Both the position numbers and the translations under genes were made by a program. A stretch of 63,953 nt of DNA, counting the filler, from Nemertoderma westbladi (taxonomy: Eukaryota > Animalia > Xenacoelomorpha), in NCBI GenBank assembly GCA_032718475.1. It is 4 parts of 4 records of this genome, joined end to end, with 100 filler letters (N's around TTAATTAATTAA, not from the genome) between each part and the next. Parts side by side here need not be neighbours in the genome. Positions count along the whole stretch, not along the records: positions 1 to 23,290 come from JAUCBJ010001845.1; positions 23,391 to 43,213 come from JAUCBJ010005108.1; 2 more parts are not named here. One strand, given 5' to 3'. The first letter of the stretch is position 1. Each line of letters starts with the position of its first letter. Shown here piece after piece: positions 22,201 to 35,260 of this stretch. The notes beneath the pieces were generated by a model. The model was not told where the DNA came from. It made no database searches and was given only the letters and a program-made list of their open reading frames with translations.

Positions 22201-23290
22201 TTTGTCAGATCTCCATGGCGTTGCACGTGTTGTGATTGTCACCGTGTAATCAAAGGTCCCCATATCTCCGTGGAGTTGGGTAATAAGCGAATGTGACAAC
22301 GCATTGTTTGAAACCCCTTAGGCCCATTAAATACATGGGATGTCATGGCTGGAATATATTGTGATCATGTAGTTGAAGTTACGTGTATGGAATTATTTAG
22401 AAGTATCTACTTTAACTAGATGCCCCGGCAGTTCTGAGGAAAGGCCAAGGGTTGGTTGGTTCCGGATACCTTCTTATGGGTAGGATGTACCATTAGGTTT
22501 CCGTTTATAATGCATTCGTATTCGGAGTTATACTCATTCTCTTAAAAATTCACCACTAACAGAAATGTAAACTCTGCCCAGACTATCAATTAAATGCTTC
22601 TAAACTAATAAATAATTATAAACTATAGTAAATGAACAGCTAAACATACCAAAATTAATTGAGCTAAAGTTAAAATGCACAAATTTGCAAAACTTCAAAA
22701 TATCGAAACTATTTCACTTTTAACACTCTGCGTGCTATTCCATTCATGTGGCGACGTATGATAGTACAGTATAATTATTAATTAATTAATTAATTTGTAA
22801 TGATTTTAATTTAACTATCTTAAACGAAACAATAATAGTTAACAATTTATTATTTTATATAAATTTTTATCCAAGTACAGTGATAATTTATCATCCATAT
22901 TTTTGGTAGGGCCATAATAATAAATTTAACGTACGGTACAACTAATTATTATACCACCAAATTCAGATATATACAGTATAATAGGATGTGTGTTACATTA
23001 ATCGTAATACTGTAGGCCTTACATAGTATTGTACTTGAGTTGTTAAAATATTAGACGTTCAACTGTTAAAAATTGAGAAAATAAAAAAGTATAATATATT
23101 GTTTACTCGGTAAAATAGGTGACAGCAAAAATACATACTTTAAAGACTTTAAAGAGAAAGGGTTCCAATTTACAAAAAAGTGGGGCTGTTAAAAATTCGA
23201 AAGGTAGAGGTAAAAAAATTAATATAAAAAAATTATTGGTTCTGAACTAAAAAATCGTTAAAATATATAATTTAAAAGAAAAGGGTTACC

Positions 23291-23390
23291 NNNNNNNNNN
23301 NNNNNNNNNNNNNNNNNNNNNNNNNNNNNNNNNNTTAATTAATTAANNNNNNNNNNNNNNNNNNNNNNNNNNNNNNNNNNNNNNNNNNNN
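23291..23390. other. Artificial contig linker
   Basis: 44 N + TTAATTAATTAA + 44 N. Confidence 0.97.
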
Positions 23391-24162
23391 ATCACTATCC
23401 AAATATATCTTTATTTCCCCCGCAGGCGCAGATGCCAGGTACCCATTGTGACGCTAAAGTGTTGTGATTAGGAACACAACAATACGCAACGTCGAAAGCC
23501 TTTAGACGGATTTCGCGCCGCCATGATAAATACATACACGAACACGAGTAGGGCCTTCGTGCAGCATAAGCTGCAATCAATCTTAGCGAACAATTATAAA
23601 TATACTTTGGCTAGTTATATATTCTGATCTTGGCTTCCAACACACCCACACTGACACACAGACTTTTAGAAAACGGTCATTGTATTTGTATAATTATAAT
23701 AGTTCGTTGATGGCTCGCAGTTCTGACTCGCCCCACAATCCTATTTATTTTATTATTGAAATATTTAATTAATTTTAATTTAATTTAATTTATTAATGTT
23801 ATTGACTATACACTATACCGGCTGCAACACCTTTCATAACTCACCATTTCCAACCAGTAATTTGCAGTCAAAATTTGATCTTTCTCTTCCTGTAAAATAA
23901 ATTTAGCGGTTCCAGTATTCGGTAATTAAAATACTAATTATCATAAATAGCAATGAAACACCAATAAAACAGGTAAAAGTTAAACTCTCAAATTAATCTA
24001 AGAATCTCAAAATAATTATGTTTCAGATTTCCAATGAAATATTTCAAATAGCAAACTATTGCATGAAGAATTAAGCTTTATACTATTAATTGTTGTCGAA
24101 TTTTGCGATCTTGCCATTTAATGGCGGATTAACATTCTTTGTGATTATAAAGTATTTCTTAC

Positions 24163-24404
24163 CAGTTTAACAATTTGTATGATATATATCTTTAACTGAA
24201 CATTGATTGCTGTAGATGTGTTCCTAACTGGTCGCACATCTTTTCTATAACTCGCTCCAAACAACATGTCTGCGAGAGCCTTCTCGCTTTTTGTATCTTC
24301 ATCGAGAGCGCTTTCTTTGACATCATTAATGTCCTTTAAATGATCCAATTCTGGAAATGGGATCTCCTCCGAAACTTGAAATTGATGACAGATCAAAGGT
24401 AGTA
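24163..24404 (-). CDS. Cys-loop ligand-gated ion channel (nAChR-like) subunit, coding exon 2
   Basis: EKALADMLFGASYRKDVRPVRNTSTAINVQLKIYIIQIVKL matches the LGIC N-terminal helix and YxxxxRP motif. Acceptor TTCCCTTCTTTTCTAG, donor GTAAG. Later exons fall beyond the contig end. Confidence 0.8.
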
Positions 24405-24639
24405 CTAGAAAAGAAGGGAAATAAAATATATAGCTCGTTATATATCAGTTGGTGTGTATTTATAAGGTTAAGTATGTAAATTCCAGTTACCGGTATTGCG
24501 TTTAGACAAGGTATTAAATTTCACAGCATTCATTAAAAAAAAATCGTATTTAAGGAGGGGGGGGGGGGTGGGTGGGAGTGGGGGGTGGGTGGGAGTGGGG
24601 GGTGGGGGGAGGGGGGGGGGTGGGGTGGTTCACCCCACC

Positions 24640-25290
24640 CCGGTTCAAAATTTCAATTTTTAAAATTCATCTAGAGCAGAATTTAATGAGGATTCTTAGT
24701 TACTCTCTTTCTTCTCGAGTTATAGCTGAATGTCCGTTTCTATGTCTGTCAGTCTGTCCATCAAAATATAAGAAACACCACGACCTGACTAATATTTCCT
24801 TTGCGGGTGTGTTACTGGCGTTTATTTAATTTTCGTCCCTCTATCTCTCTGGTTGTCACTTCGTCTGTCTGTCTGTCGGACTGTTCGTCAAAATATAACA
24901 GCTTTAGTGTAAACTGATATTAGATATAAAATCGGTAACATTGAAAAAAACTTCAATAATTAAATTTTAGAGAGGTGGAGTGGTGTATTTTATTTTGACG
25001 TAAAGACCTACAAAGAGACAGACAGACGGATAAACAGACAAACAGACAATGTTCCGTCAAAAATACAAAAACGGAAATTAAATCAGCCACTTCGAAAACC
25101 CCAATAACGAAATTTAAGTGAGGGGCGAGTTTTCTACTATATTGACAAAATATAACCTATAAAGATACAGACAGACGGATAGACAGACAGACCGACAATA
25201 TTACGTCCAAAATAAAAATTGAGATCGGAAATGAAATCGGGAACCTGGAAAACCCCATAACGAAAATTTTAGCGCGGTATCGTAGGCATG
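24640..25290. repeat. Dispersed repeat with (GTCT)n/(AGAC)n tracts in opposite orientations, inside LGIC intron 1
   Basis: TCTGTCTG tracts at about 24740-24880 and AGACAGAC tracts at about 25015-25195. Boundaries approximate. Confidence 0.5.
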
Positions 25291-25372
25291 CATTGTTGAA
25301 ATAGTTGGTGTGTGAAAATATCCTTATATACGCTCAATGTGATCTATGATTTCTAAATTTAAAAAGACTTAC

Positions 25373-25406
25373 TGTATGTACATACAAGTGCTGCTGAGCT
25401 ATACAT
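25373..25406 (-). CDS. Probable coding exon 1 of the LGIC subunit (signal peptide)
   Basis: ATG-MYSSAALVCTY plus 1 nt, then a GTAAGT donor. Phase 1 joins exon 2 in frame to give MYSSAALVCTYILPLICHQFQVSEE. Confidence 0.55.
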
Positions 25407-28400
25407 TGTGCCTGCGACGTTAATCTTTGTTTCATCCAGTATTTCGTTGACAATAATTCTAATGAATAACACAATCTACAGAACCGTCGACACGCTGCTG
25501 CTGGCAGACATGCGCGCGCATTGTTGAGAATAACCCCGAGCATATTTGTCCCGTTATATGAAAAACAAATCAGATACAGAGTCAGACTCAGAGTTCTCAA
25601 CTCAGATACATCTTGTAGCGAACCTTATTGTAGCAATATTCGTAAAACTGTTTTGTATTTCGTGTTTATATGTATATTTATATTTCGTGTGATATATCTA
25701 TAATTAATCCATATCTTGAAAAAGGCATATATACACTTACCCATTAAACGATCCATCACAATAATTACTCAATACAAATTAATAATAATTTCAATGGACA
25801 GTGATCGTGTACTATAACAGTTGCTACTACTATCACTTCAACATTTAAATTGAAATTTTAGGTTTGGGAATCACAATCGAACTACAAATAGTACACTGAG
25901 CAGGTATTATGACTACACAATAGAACTACAAATAGTACACTGAGCAGGTATTATGACTACACACTAGACTAACACTTCAACCGACATTATATGCAGCTGA
26001 TAAATGAATCTATCTGAAGTTTCCCATTGTGAAGCTTCCTTTTGATATTGTCAGATTCAAAACAACAGGATATCATTACTAGAAGGTCGGAATGGATTTC
26101 TTTGTTCACTTTTACAAGATTATCATTCATTATGAGTCTGTAGAGATTCTTTTCATATTCACTTTGTTTTCATATAAGGTAAACTACAAGCCAAGTTTAC
26201 TAGCCTAACAATTAATTATGTTATATTTATTGCCCTGTATCATGTAATCACAGGAAGTTATTCTCATTCATTATTCATTCACTATATTTTTTTGTTAATA
26301 AAAATATTACGATTCATCAACAGCAACCAAATAATAATAATGGGCTGATCAACATATTAAAAATATAACTATACTGTAAGTGTATTGATTGAGGGAATCA
26401 AGAATTGCAAAAAAACCAGTCGGTTACCAGTTAACATGAACACTGAATCGACAGTTCTTTGAGACCGAAGTGAAATCCGATGAGATAATTTCTGAAATAA
26501 AATAACTTAATATGATTCCACAATTATTGGAGGAGAGAGGTTGACTCATTTCTCGCGTTTGTAGTTTATATTTATTGAGGTCAATCAATTTTACTTGCGA
26601 TCAATGTCCATGTCATATTCTTCATTGATTTCTGTTTTGTTGGACATGGCTTGATTGTCCTTCAATAATGCAATAGCCAGGACTACTGTATTATAGACAG
26701 AGATGGAATGAATTTGATTGCTAATAGAATGGCTTTGTCCATATAATTAATACGTATGCTATGAGAAGAACAAACGTCAGTTGCTAAAACTTAACTTGCT
26801 GAGTGGCAGATAATAAACACACTCGCAAGGTCTGCAGTTGGTCATTCCAAGGAATTCCATTGACAACCCGCCAGCAGTAGCAATCAGCATATTGATGTAT
26901 TTTATTTAGCACCCACAAAACATAGTTAAAATACAGTGGCTGCCTTGCAACTTCACTTGACCATAATACATTAGTCCTACTAGAAAATCAATAGGAGAGT
27001 GAAACTAGTATTGATCAATTGAGGTTCAGATCTGTGGATGTCAGCAACACGCAAATACAGAATTAATTATTTCATTGCCCACTTTTTATTCTTCAGAAGG
27101 TGACAGATTAGTGGAGGAAAAGTCGATTTAATTGCAACCATCAAATGCAATGCACAATATTTAATTATCAGGTTTCTTGCTAGGGTTCTCGGCTATGCAT
27201 AATCGGCAGAGAATAAAGTTATCCATGGCCTCACAATTTTGATGGTATTGCTGGGATTTTGTAATAAGATGTAACCACCCAATGTTGTGCAGTATTTAAT
27301 TTTATTGCGAATATTATGTATCCTTGTGTATTATTAGCAGGTGATAAAGGTGTTAACGTACTTGTGCTAGTACAATTGCAAATAAGTTTCCCAGGGTTGT
27401 GATTATATTATTTTACACCCTAACCAGTACTGCTTATGTTGCAGATATTAATTCGCTATACATTGATTTATAAGCATCTGCGGAATAAGTAGATAAGCAT
27501 TTCGCACATGCGTGTGATTTCAATGTCAGATTTCATTAAATCACATTCAGTGATTCAGTGTATCTCAACTGCATAAACTGAAATCAGGCTCTTCAGACAT
27601 TTGGCCACAGATTAAGCACAATGTCTGACAATATTTCCAGTATTGCCCTACAGCGGAAACTGGTACACTTTCAGGCTATTAAGGTAAATATGGGTTCTGG
27701 TTAGTCACTATAAAGAATTAAGATACATACCAAAATAAAAACTCAATTAGATAGATCCCATGCACGACAAGAACCCACAACCTATGAAGACAGAGATGCG
27801 TATTGAGGGAAACAGTAAGCCAGTACATCAAAGAGGACCCTGGCAGAAAATTCATTGAAACCTGCCATGCGGTTAAACTGCTCCCTAGATGAAAGAGTCG
27901 ACCAACTGCAAAGGTCAAGAGTCAAAGGTAAATTCCCTGATTTTATATAGGCTGGGCAATTTGGAAAGACCATGTTGCGAAACTCATGAACACTTTCTGG
28001 TTATAAATTATTCTGTAAATTACATTGTATTGCGTAAATCGGAATTGTTTCCATAAGGGTAGAAAAGCACCTTGGAGTCAATTCTACTGCATAGAAATGA
28101 ACTGCAAAGTAGGACAGGCTGGATTTTTGGTAGACTGCTTTAAGGCTTTCAACTCTTGTCTTCTGTAGTCCATGCATGTAAAATTATTTCAGGACATGGG
28201 ATTCCTGAAGATGTTATTATTGATGCGATATGAACAATTTATGACGCATTTATTTGTGTTCTCTTCAGGTGGTGGAACTTACTTACTCATTTAAAATTCG
28301 GTATGGCGGCATTTTCAGATTTTGACATTGTTATAGTGCCAGAGAAGTTGGATGAAGCTCTGAAATTGTTACCTCGCTTAATCGTTGTCTTTATTAAATA

Positions 28401-29274
28401 CAAGAAAGCGAAATTTCGGCCAGAAGACATTGATTTTGACAGGCAGTTGATTAATATAAATATCATTACCACTCATCTTGATGGATCTACAGGTCATGCT
28501 GATTATTTGTTCCGCTATCTGGTAGTGTAGATATTAAAGAGTGCTGAAGAATGGCATAACTGTACCTCTCTCCTGGTGCGGCATCATGAAGATGTAGGCC
28601 GATCTATATATTTGTGAAACAAGTCCATCTTATTCAAAAAAATCACTAAATTTCTAACCAAATACAATCGATTGAATATAATAAACAAACCCATTTCCAC
28701 AAAAACCTTTATTAGAAAGATTTGAAACCTAAAAAATAATCTTTTAATCTTAATATGTGCTGTCCTGTAACTTCATTAACATTTGAAAGATTTTTAAATC
28801 AATTCATTTCATTAAACTTCACACAGTGCAGCATACAGCCAACTCCCAGCCAATTACTTAGAGCTTGAAGGATGAACGCTTCCCCAGTTTATTGCTTATT
28901 GACCTGTTAAAATCGGGAACGTTGAGTGAAGTAATCCTGTATATGTAATTAAACTTGTCACAATGTTAAATCAATTGACAAACCGGGCTACTTTTATATA
29001 TGATTTATTTACTCAGTACACAGTGACCTCGCCAGGACAAAGGCAATGATTACGATCCTTTGTTAACATTTGGTTGTAATGGCTGATGTCGTTCATAATA
29101 TATTCTTTACCTACTTCATGTTATAGTGTTGTAAAAATGATTTTGACATAGTTAATATTGGAAATGATCTGGAACAAATAGAAACAATAAATTAAAATAA
29201 CAAATTATTAAAAAATGTTAATTGTATATTATATATATTAGATAAGAACAGAGTGAATATAACAGAGTGAATTC

Positions 29275-32089
29275 TCGAGACATTTAAAAATTGTGGTGCT
29301 ATAAGTATCTCCGCCGAGGTTTCACATATGCGTGGGTCGCCTAGAACCCGGAACATCCATATCCACCATCAAAAACAATCTCACTAGCAGGAACATCGAA
29401 GTTGATCACGTGTTTAACATAACCCCTCTAACTGTAATCCTAACCAGAACGACTCCCAGCCACTGACACCCCAATGTGAGGTCTTTCACATTGTGTGCCC
29501 CACCTCAGCAGCTGCCGACGCTGTTTACACACCGAACTGCTGGCCAAGAGGTACAACAATTAGACGACACCTTCTTGGAGAAGAAGACAGAACCAACCTA
29601 AAATTAAAGTTGCAACCCGCTCATAAAGTGGATTGACACAACCAGCTGTTTGACTGGTCTCCCCTGAGGCAACATTTTCCCCAGAGACTACTGTTTCCCC
29701 TGAGACTATTATTTCCCCTGAGACTGCTGTTTCCCCTGAGACTACTTTTTTTCCCTGGGACTGTTGTTTCCCCTGAGACTACTGTCTCCCCTGAGACTGC
29801 TGTTTCCCCTGAGACTGCTGTTTCCCCTGAGACTGCTGTTTCCCCTGAGACTGCTGTTTTCCCTGAAACTACTGTCTTTCCTGAGACTGCTGTTTCCCCT
29901 GAGATTATTATCTTCCCTGAGTCAACTCCTTTCAATGATACTATGGTTTCCCCTGAGTCTACTGTTTCCCCAGAGACTACTGTTTCCCCTGAGTCAACTC
30001 CTTTCCATGAGATAGGGGTCTGCCCTGAAACTACTGTTCCCCATGAGACCACTGTGTTCCCATAGACAACTTTTACCCATGAGACTACGTTTTCCCTTGA
30101 GACTATGTTTGCCCCTGAGACTACTATTTCCCCTGACACTATTGAGTTCCCAGAGACTACTGTCTTCATTGAAACTACAGTTTCTCCTGAGACTACCGCC
30201 TTCCCTGAGATTATGGTTGCAGATACAGATATATCCAAAGGCATCAAACACCGAGTGAAATCTTTGAGGATGCAGATGTCTTGCTTCTAACTGAAACACT
30301 ATGCGACGTTGATGTAGTTGTTAAAATCTCATATTATCCATTCATCCAACCAGTTAAGAAGTTACTTCGCGGCCAGCCAAGATGATTACATCATCTTTCA
30401 ATACAATACATCATCATCTTACAAGATTTCATTGGAGGCCTGATGATTCTTAGTAAACCAGAACTAAACCCAAAGTTTATTAAATCAACAGCTGCTTATA
30501 TAGTTGTTGAGACAAATTGCGCCTTCTTTTTAGTCTTCCACTTTACACCAGATACACCTCTTGAAGATATATACTCATGGTAAATCCTTCCTATTCTTGT
30601 AGGTTTATATAATGTGTGCGTAAATGTTGGGTCCTTACCTTCATCCTGGAAAACAAACATAATTAAAATACTCTACAAGGGTAAAGGAAGCCCAACCTCG
30701 CCGGAAAATTATAGAGGTATTGCCCTCATCTCAACCCTACTAAAGATCTTGACAACTGTAATAAACAAATCTCTCTCACATCAATCACTGGCTTCCCGAG
30801 GAACAGTTTGGAGATTTACCAAGGGTAAATCAACGCTTCAGGCACTGAGAAAACTGTTAAACGATGTGTCTTCAACATTGCGAGGAGATGGAGACTCCCA
30901 CGTAGTATACGCGGTGTTCGTTGACTTCAGGAAAGCTTTTGACTTTGTCAATGAATCAATCCTACTCTATAAAATGTACTACTCATTCGGTATTCAAGGC
31001 AATTTGTATACATTGATCCAAGACCTCCTTAGAAACTCCATTCGAGTCTATGACGGAATTAAAAACTCCAAGTTGTTAAATCAACTTCGCGGTATATTAC
31101 AAGGAGACTGCTTCTCACCAAGTTGTTTCCTGATTTTTATCGCTGACCTCGCCATAGCTCTTCGCCACATCTCTGCGATCATAAAATCTATATTTTTCGC
31201 AGATGACTTGGTGATATATTCCTCATGTCGTGATGACATCCAGTGCGCTCTTAACACACTACACAACAATGGAACTCAACATCAGCAAAACTAAAATTCT
31301 AAAGTTTAGAACGGGCCTGTCGACTCGCGCATCTGGATAAATTTACATATGGCGGGAAAAGAAAACTATAGATATATGTAACCAGTATGAATACTTGGGG
31401 GTTGTACTACAGCCAACATTATGCTTCACAAAGCACTTAGATCAAAAGAAGCAGAAATGCTTCGCAATTATTGGGTGTCTTCCAAATCTCCAGCTCTTGT
31501 CCATTGGAACTGGAATAAAAATATTGGAAATGAAGATCATGCCTTGTGTGACATACGCCTTCTCGGAAATCGCCAAACACTTCACCGTTGGCTGGGGTTG
31601 CAGAAAAATTCCTCTACTACTCTAGCTCTAAAATTAACTGACTGCAAAACACTCATTGAAGATCTAGCAACTAAAACTCCAACTTTGTTCGACCCTGAAG
31701 TTTTGCTGAAATATAAGCAGTACAGACTCGGGCGGGAGGAGAACTTCATCTCAATGGGTTACTCTCATGGCCCAGGCTTCAATTCAAATGTCTGGAAAGG
31801 CTCAATGCAGTCGAACAGACACCTTGTCACCCGGGTAACCTCTCATGGTTTCCATTTTAAACTCTGCCTTGATCGAATGCCGTTTCATGAACTGACAGAT
31901 GCATGCCGGTGTCATCAATTCTGCGGTGATTCAGCACAGGATAGGTATCATGTCCTACTTTGCAGCAGCTGCCTCTCCATCGCGTCCATCTCACAGACAT
32001 AACTCTCTATCTAATTACCGTAATGTATACTGTTTATAATGTTATTTTATTTCATAGTAATAAAATTCAATAAATTCAATAAAAAAAAA
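29275..32089 (+). mobile_element. Decayed non-LTR retrotransposon (CR1/L2-group-like)
   Basis: ORF1 C-terminal WPRG..IR motif (about 29540), endonuclease remnants (DVLLLTET, GGLMIL), RT 30614-31294 (YRGIAL, FVDFRKAFD, GILQGDCFSP, FADD), and a 3' AATAAA repeat plus A-tail. 5' boundary approximate. Confidence 0.8.
29660..30215. repeat. 18-bp minisatellite (CTGCTGTTTCCCCTGAGA-type)
   Basis: Homogeneous units around 29770-29860 with degenerate flanking units. Confidence 0.9.
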
Positions 32090-32220
32090 CATTTTACTGT
32101 TATATATAATTATTGATTATAATTAAATAAAATTTACCCCGACTGGGGGCGTATAGTTCCTTTAAAAAAAACAAATATGTTGTGAATATATATTTGTACT
32201 TTTATACGTACTTGTCCATG

Positions 32221-33114
32221 ACCATGACCGTTACGACCATGACTCATTTTCTGATGACACGGACACCCCCCGCCAAATTTTTCTACAGATCTTTATCATA
32301 TTGCTTGAAATTTGAAACACAACTAGTTCCACTCACCGTGGTTGTTACCATGAAGCCGGAATTTTCGATTTTGCCTTTACATTTTTTTAATAAGCGTTTT
32401 AAAAAAGTGTCTTTTGCGAAATTGCACATCTCCTATCATCGCCATTCTTCACATTAACCTCGCTTTATAGATATCATTAGAAAACTTTCGTTACAAGGAT
32501 TCAAAATTTAACTATATCTGAATTTCGTTGTGAAACAGCTGAGATATAGGCGTTCAAAGATTGCAATAATTATTGTTCTCTGCAGGCCATTTATTCTATT
32601 TAATAAATCCACAATGTTCTGGAACAATTTATTTATGTATGATTAGCTACGCGGTATAGATATTGTAAAGGCATTCCGCTGTTGCCTACCAACTCATAAA
32701 ATAAATAACACGTTCTAGAAATTTGTATATTTATTAAATAGAATAAATGGCCTGCAGCGAACAATAATTCTTGCAATCTTTGAACGCCTATATCTCAGCT
32801 GTTTCTCAACGAAATTCAGATATTGTTACATATTTGGAATCCTTGTAACGAAAGTTTTCTAATGATATCTATAAAGCGAGGTTAATGTGAAGAATGGCGA
32901 TGATAGGAGATGTGAAATTTCGCAAAAGACACTTTTTTTAAAACGCTTATAAAAAAATGTAAAGGAAAATCGAAAATTACGGTTTCATGTTATCAATGAC
33001 GGTGAGTGGAACTAGTTGTGTTTCAAATTTCAAGCAATATGATAAAGATCTGTAGAAAAATTTGAGGGGGTGTCCGTGTTATCAGAAAATGACACTATAT
33101 TACGGGTCATGGTG
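32221..33114. mobile_element. Fold-back MITE (arms of about 400 bp, spacer of about 85 bp)
   Basis: 32243-32624 is the near reverse complement of 32712-33092. Termini ACCATGACC...GGTCATGGTG-TA. Confidence 0.88.
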
Positions 33115-33175
33115 TACTAATGAACAATAACTGCATGTGTAACTGAACTCTGAAATCTATAAATCTAGAGGCCTG

Positions 33176-34384
33176 TAATAACTATTTACATACTTGTGTA
33201 TAAAGTAGCACTTTACAGTGTGATGATCCGAGTGGCTTTGTTACACGAACGAACGTTAGTGAGTGAGTGAAAATAAAGCCACGAGGATCATAACACTGTA
33301 AAGTACTTTATTCCAAAATTGTAACATTACTAAACGCCGTTAGTATTAACAGCGAGATGTTATTTAGCACTTTACAACTTTTGAGGACATTACAGCATTG
33401 TATTGGCCTGTACATTTCGTATTGTATTTGGTGTTGTCCGTTAAGTAATGTCCCCTTAGTGGACATTACTTAACGCCGTCATTAGTTACCACGTAAACAA
33501 TACTTGGAAATTTGTCTCACAGCCAGATAGGTCTACTGCATTACCTACCGGTAGGCGGGGTATAGCTATTAATGACCAGTAGCTATAAACTACTGTATTA
33601 ACATGGCTCCAAACGCCACCATAAATATAAGCTAATTTATTTATAACATAATTTATGTCATTTTTACATTTATTTATACAGCAACTAATTTAATTTGTGC
33701 AGTTTCTATCACTTATAATATATATACAATAATTTCGTAATGTTACAATATTGGAATAAAACTACATACATACCTGTTGCAAAGTACTTTATACAGAGTT
33801 CTGATCCTCGTGGCTTTATTTTCACTCACTCACTAACGTTCGTTCGTGTAACAAAGCCACTCGGATCATCACACTGTAAAGTGCTACTTTACACACAAGT
33901 ATGTAAATAGTTATTGCAACAAGTATGTATGTAGTTTTATTCCAAAATTTTAACATTACGAAATGATTGTATATATATTATAAGTGATAGAAACTGCACA
34001 AATTAAATTAGTTGCTGTATAAATAAAAGTGTAAAAATGACATAAATTATGTTATAAATAAGTTAGCTTATATTTATTGTGGCGTGTGGAGTGTTAACTA
34101 GTATCTGGTTATTACTATCTATACCCCGCCTACCGGTAGGTAATGCAGTAGGCCTATCTGGCTGTCAGGCAAATTTCCACTTATTGTTTACGTGGTAACC
34201 AATGGCGGCGTTAAGTAATGTCCACTAAGGGGACATTACTTAACGGATAACACCAAATACAATACTAAATTTTCAGGCCAATAGAATGCTGTAATGTCCT
34301 CAAAAGTTGCACAGTGCCAAATAACAACTCGCTGTTAATGCTAACGGCGTGGCGTTGAGTAATGTTACAATTTTGGAATAAAGT
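33176..34384. repeat. Interlocked inverted repeats A-B-A'-B' (non-autonomous DNA element copies)
   Basis: A 33176-33305 is inverted at 33781-33915, and B 33307-33780 is inverted at 33914-34384. B has its own TIRs TTATTCCAAAATTGTAACATTAC. Confidence 0.85.
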
Positions 34385-34749
34385 TACTTTACGGAAGCGA
34401 GCCATGTTAACTAGTATTGCTAAGCAGAAGGTGTGGCAGGAGTAGCCTCCATAAATACCCCCTTAAGTATACATACGCTGTCTAGCGTCTTAAAGATCAT
34501 GTCAAAACTCCAGGCTAACTGTGGAGGGTGTAGGGACAACTGGGAAGCAGCGAGAAGGACAAAGGATAATCTAATCTGTGTCATTGTCACATAATTTATG
34601 GTCATCTAGTAATATAAGCGGCCATTCTTCAAATATCCTAAATACAATTTGTAACAATAAGATACTATAACTACTACCACTCAATAACTGAGATAAATTC
34701 TGTTTGACTGACATTGTTTTCAGCATAATGGTAAAATAAAGTATAGAAG

Positions 34750-35260
34750 ACAAAATAATTAATCAGTTCATAAAGGTTGACAATAATAGCAATGTTATAA
34801 CCAAGTCGTAGTGGATTGCATTTCTTGTAATATAGACACACCGTCCACGCGACAAACATTAGATACCGATTTTAAAATTGAATTGTCTGATAATTCTGCC
34901 CTCTTAAAGAGGCTGGTTATTGAATCAAATCTGATATGCACAAGCAGCATCATATTATAATAACCAAAGGCACTTGTTATACTAGTTAGTTCCCCATTTG
35001 TAACTCTTGGGATATGAAATAGTATTCTGGAACAGTTATTATAAGCAACCCTAAGTTTATAATGAACAAGTTCTGAATAGTTAGACCAAAGAGAACTACA
35101 GTACAAACTGGAACTATTATAAATAAAGTAATTTAGGCACTAATACTGCATGCACCAAATTTCCTAGCTAAGAAGTTACCCCGGGCATAAGGGCGCCTGG
35201 TCTGCCTTCTAATATCCTAGTCATCGTCAGTACTGCTTTGTATAAATAAGGTGACCTAAA
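34750..35260 (-). mobile_element. 3' fragment of a non-LTR retrotransposon
   Basis: DIRRQTR..YARGNFLARKF..CS and YCSSLW...KLRVAYNN..RIL, typical post-RT LINE motifs. Contains stops. Confidence 0.65.

Noticed and set aside
26000-29200. Coding-like composition, including ORF 28303-28530, possibly an old transposase
   Set aside because: No motif could be confidently identified; it needs a translated search.
29621-30247. 208-aa mucin-like ORF on the minus strand
   Set aside because: It is a by-product of an 18-bp minisatellite inside a LINE.
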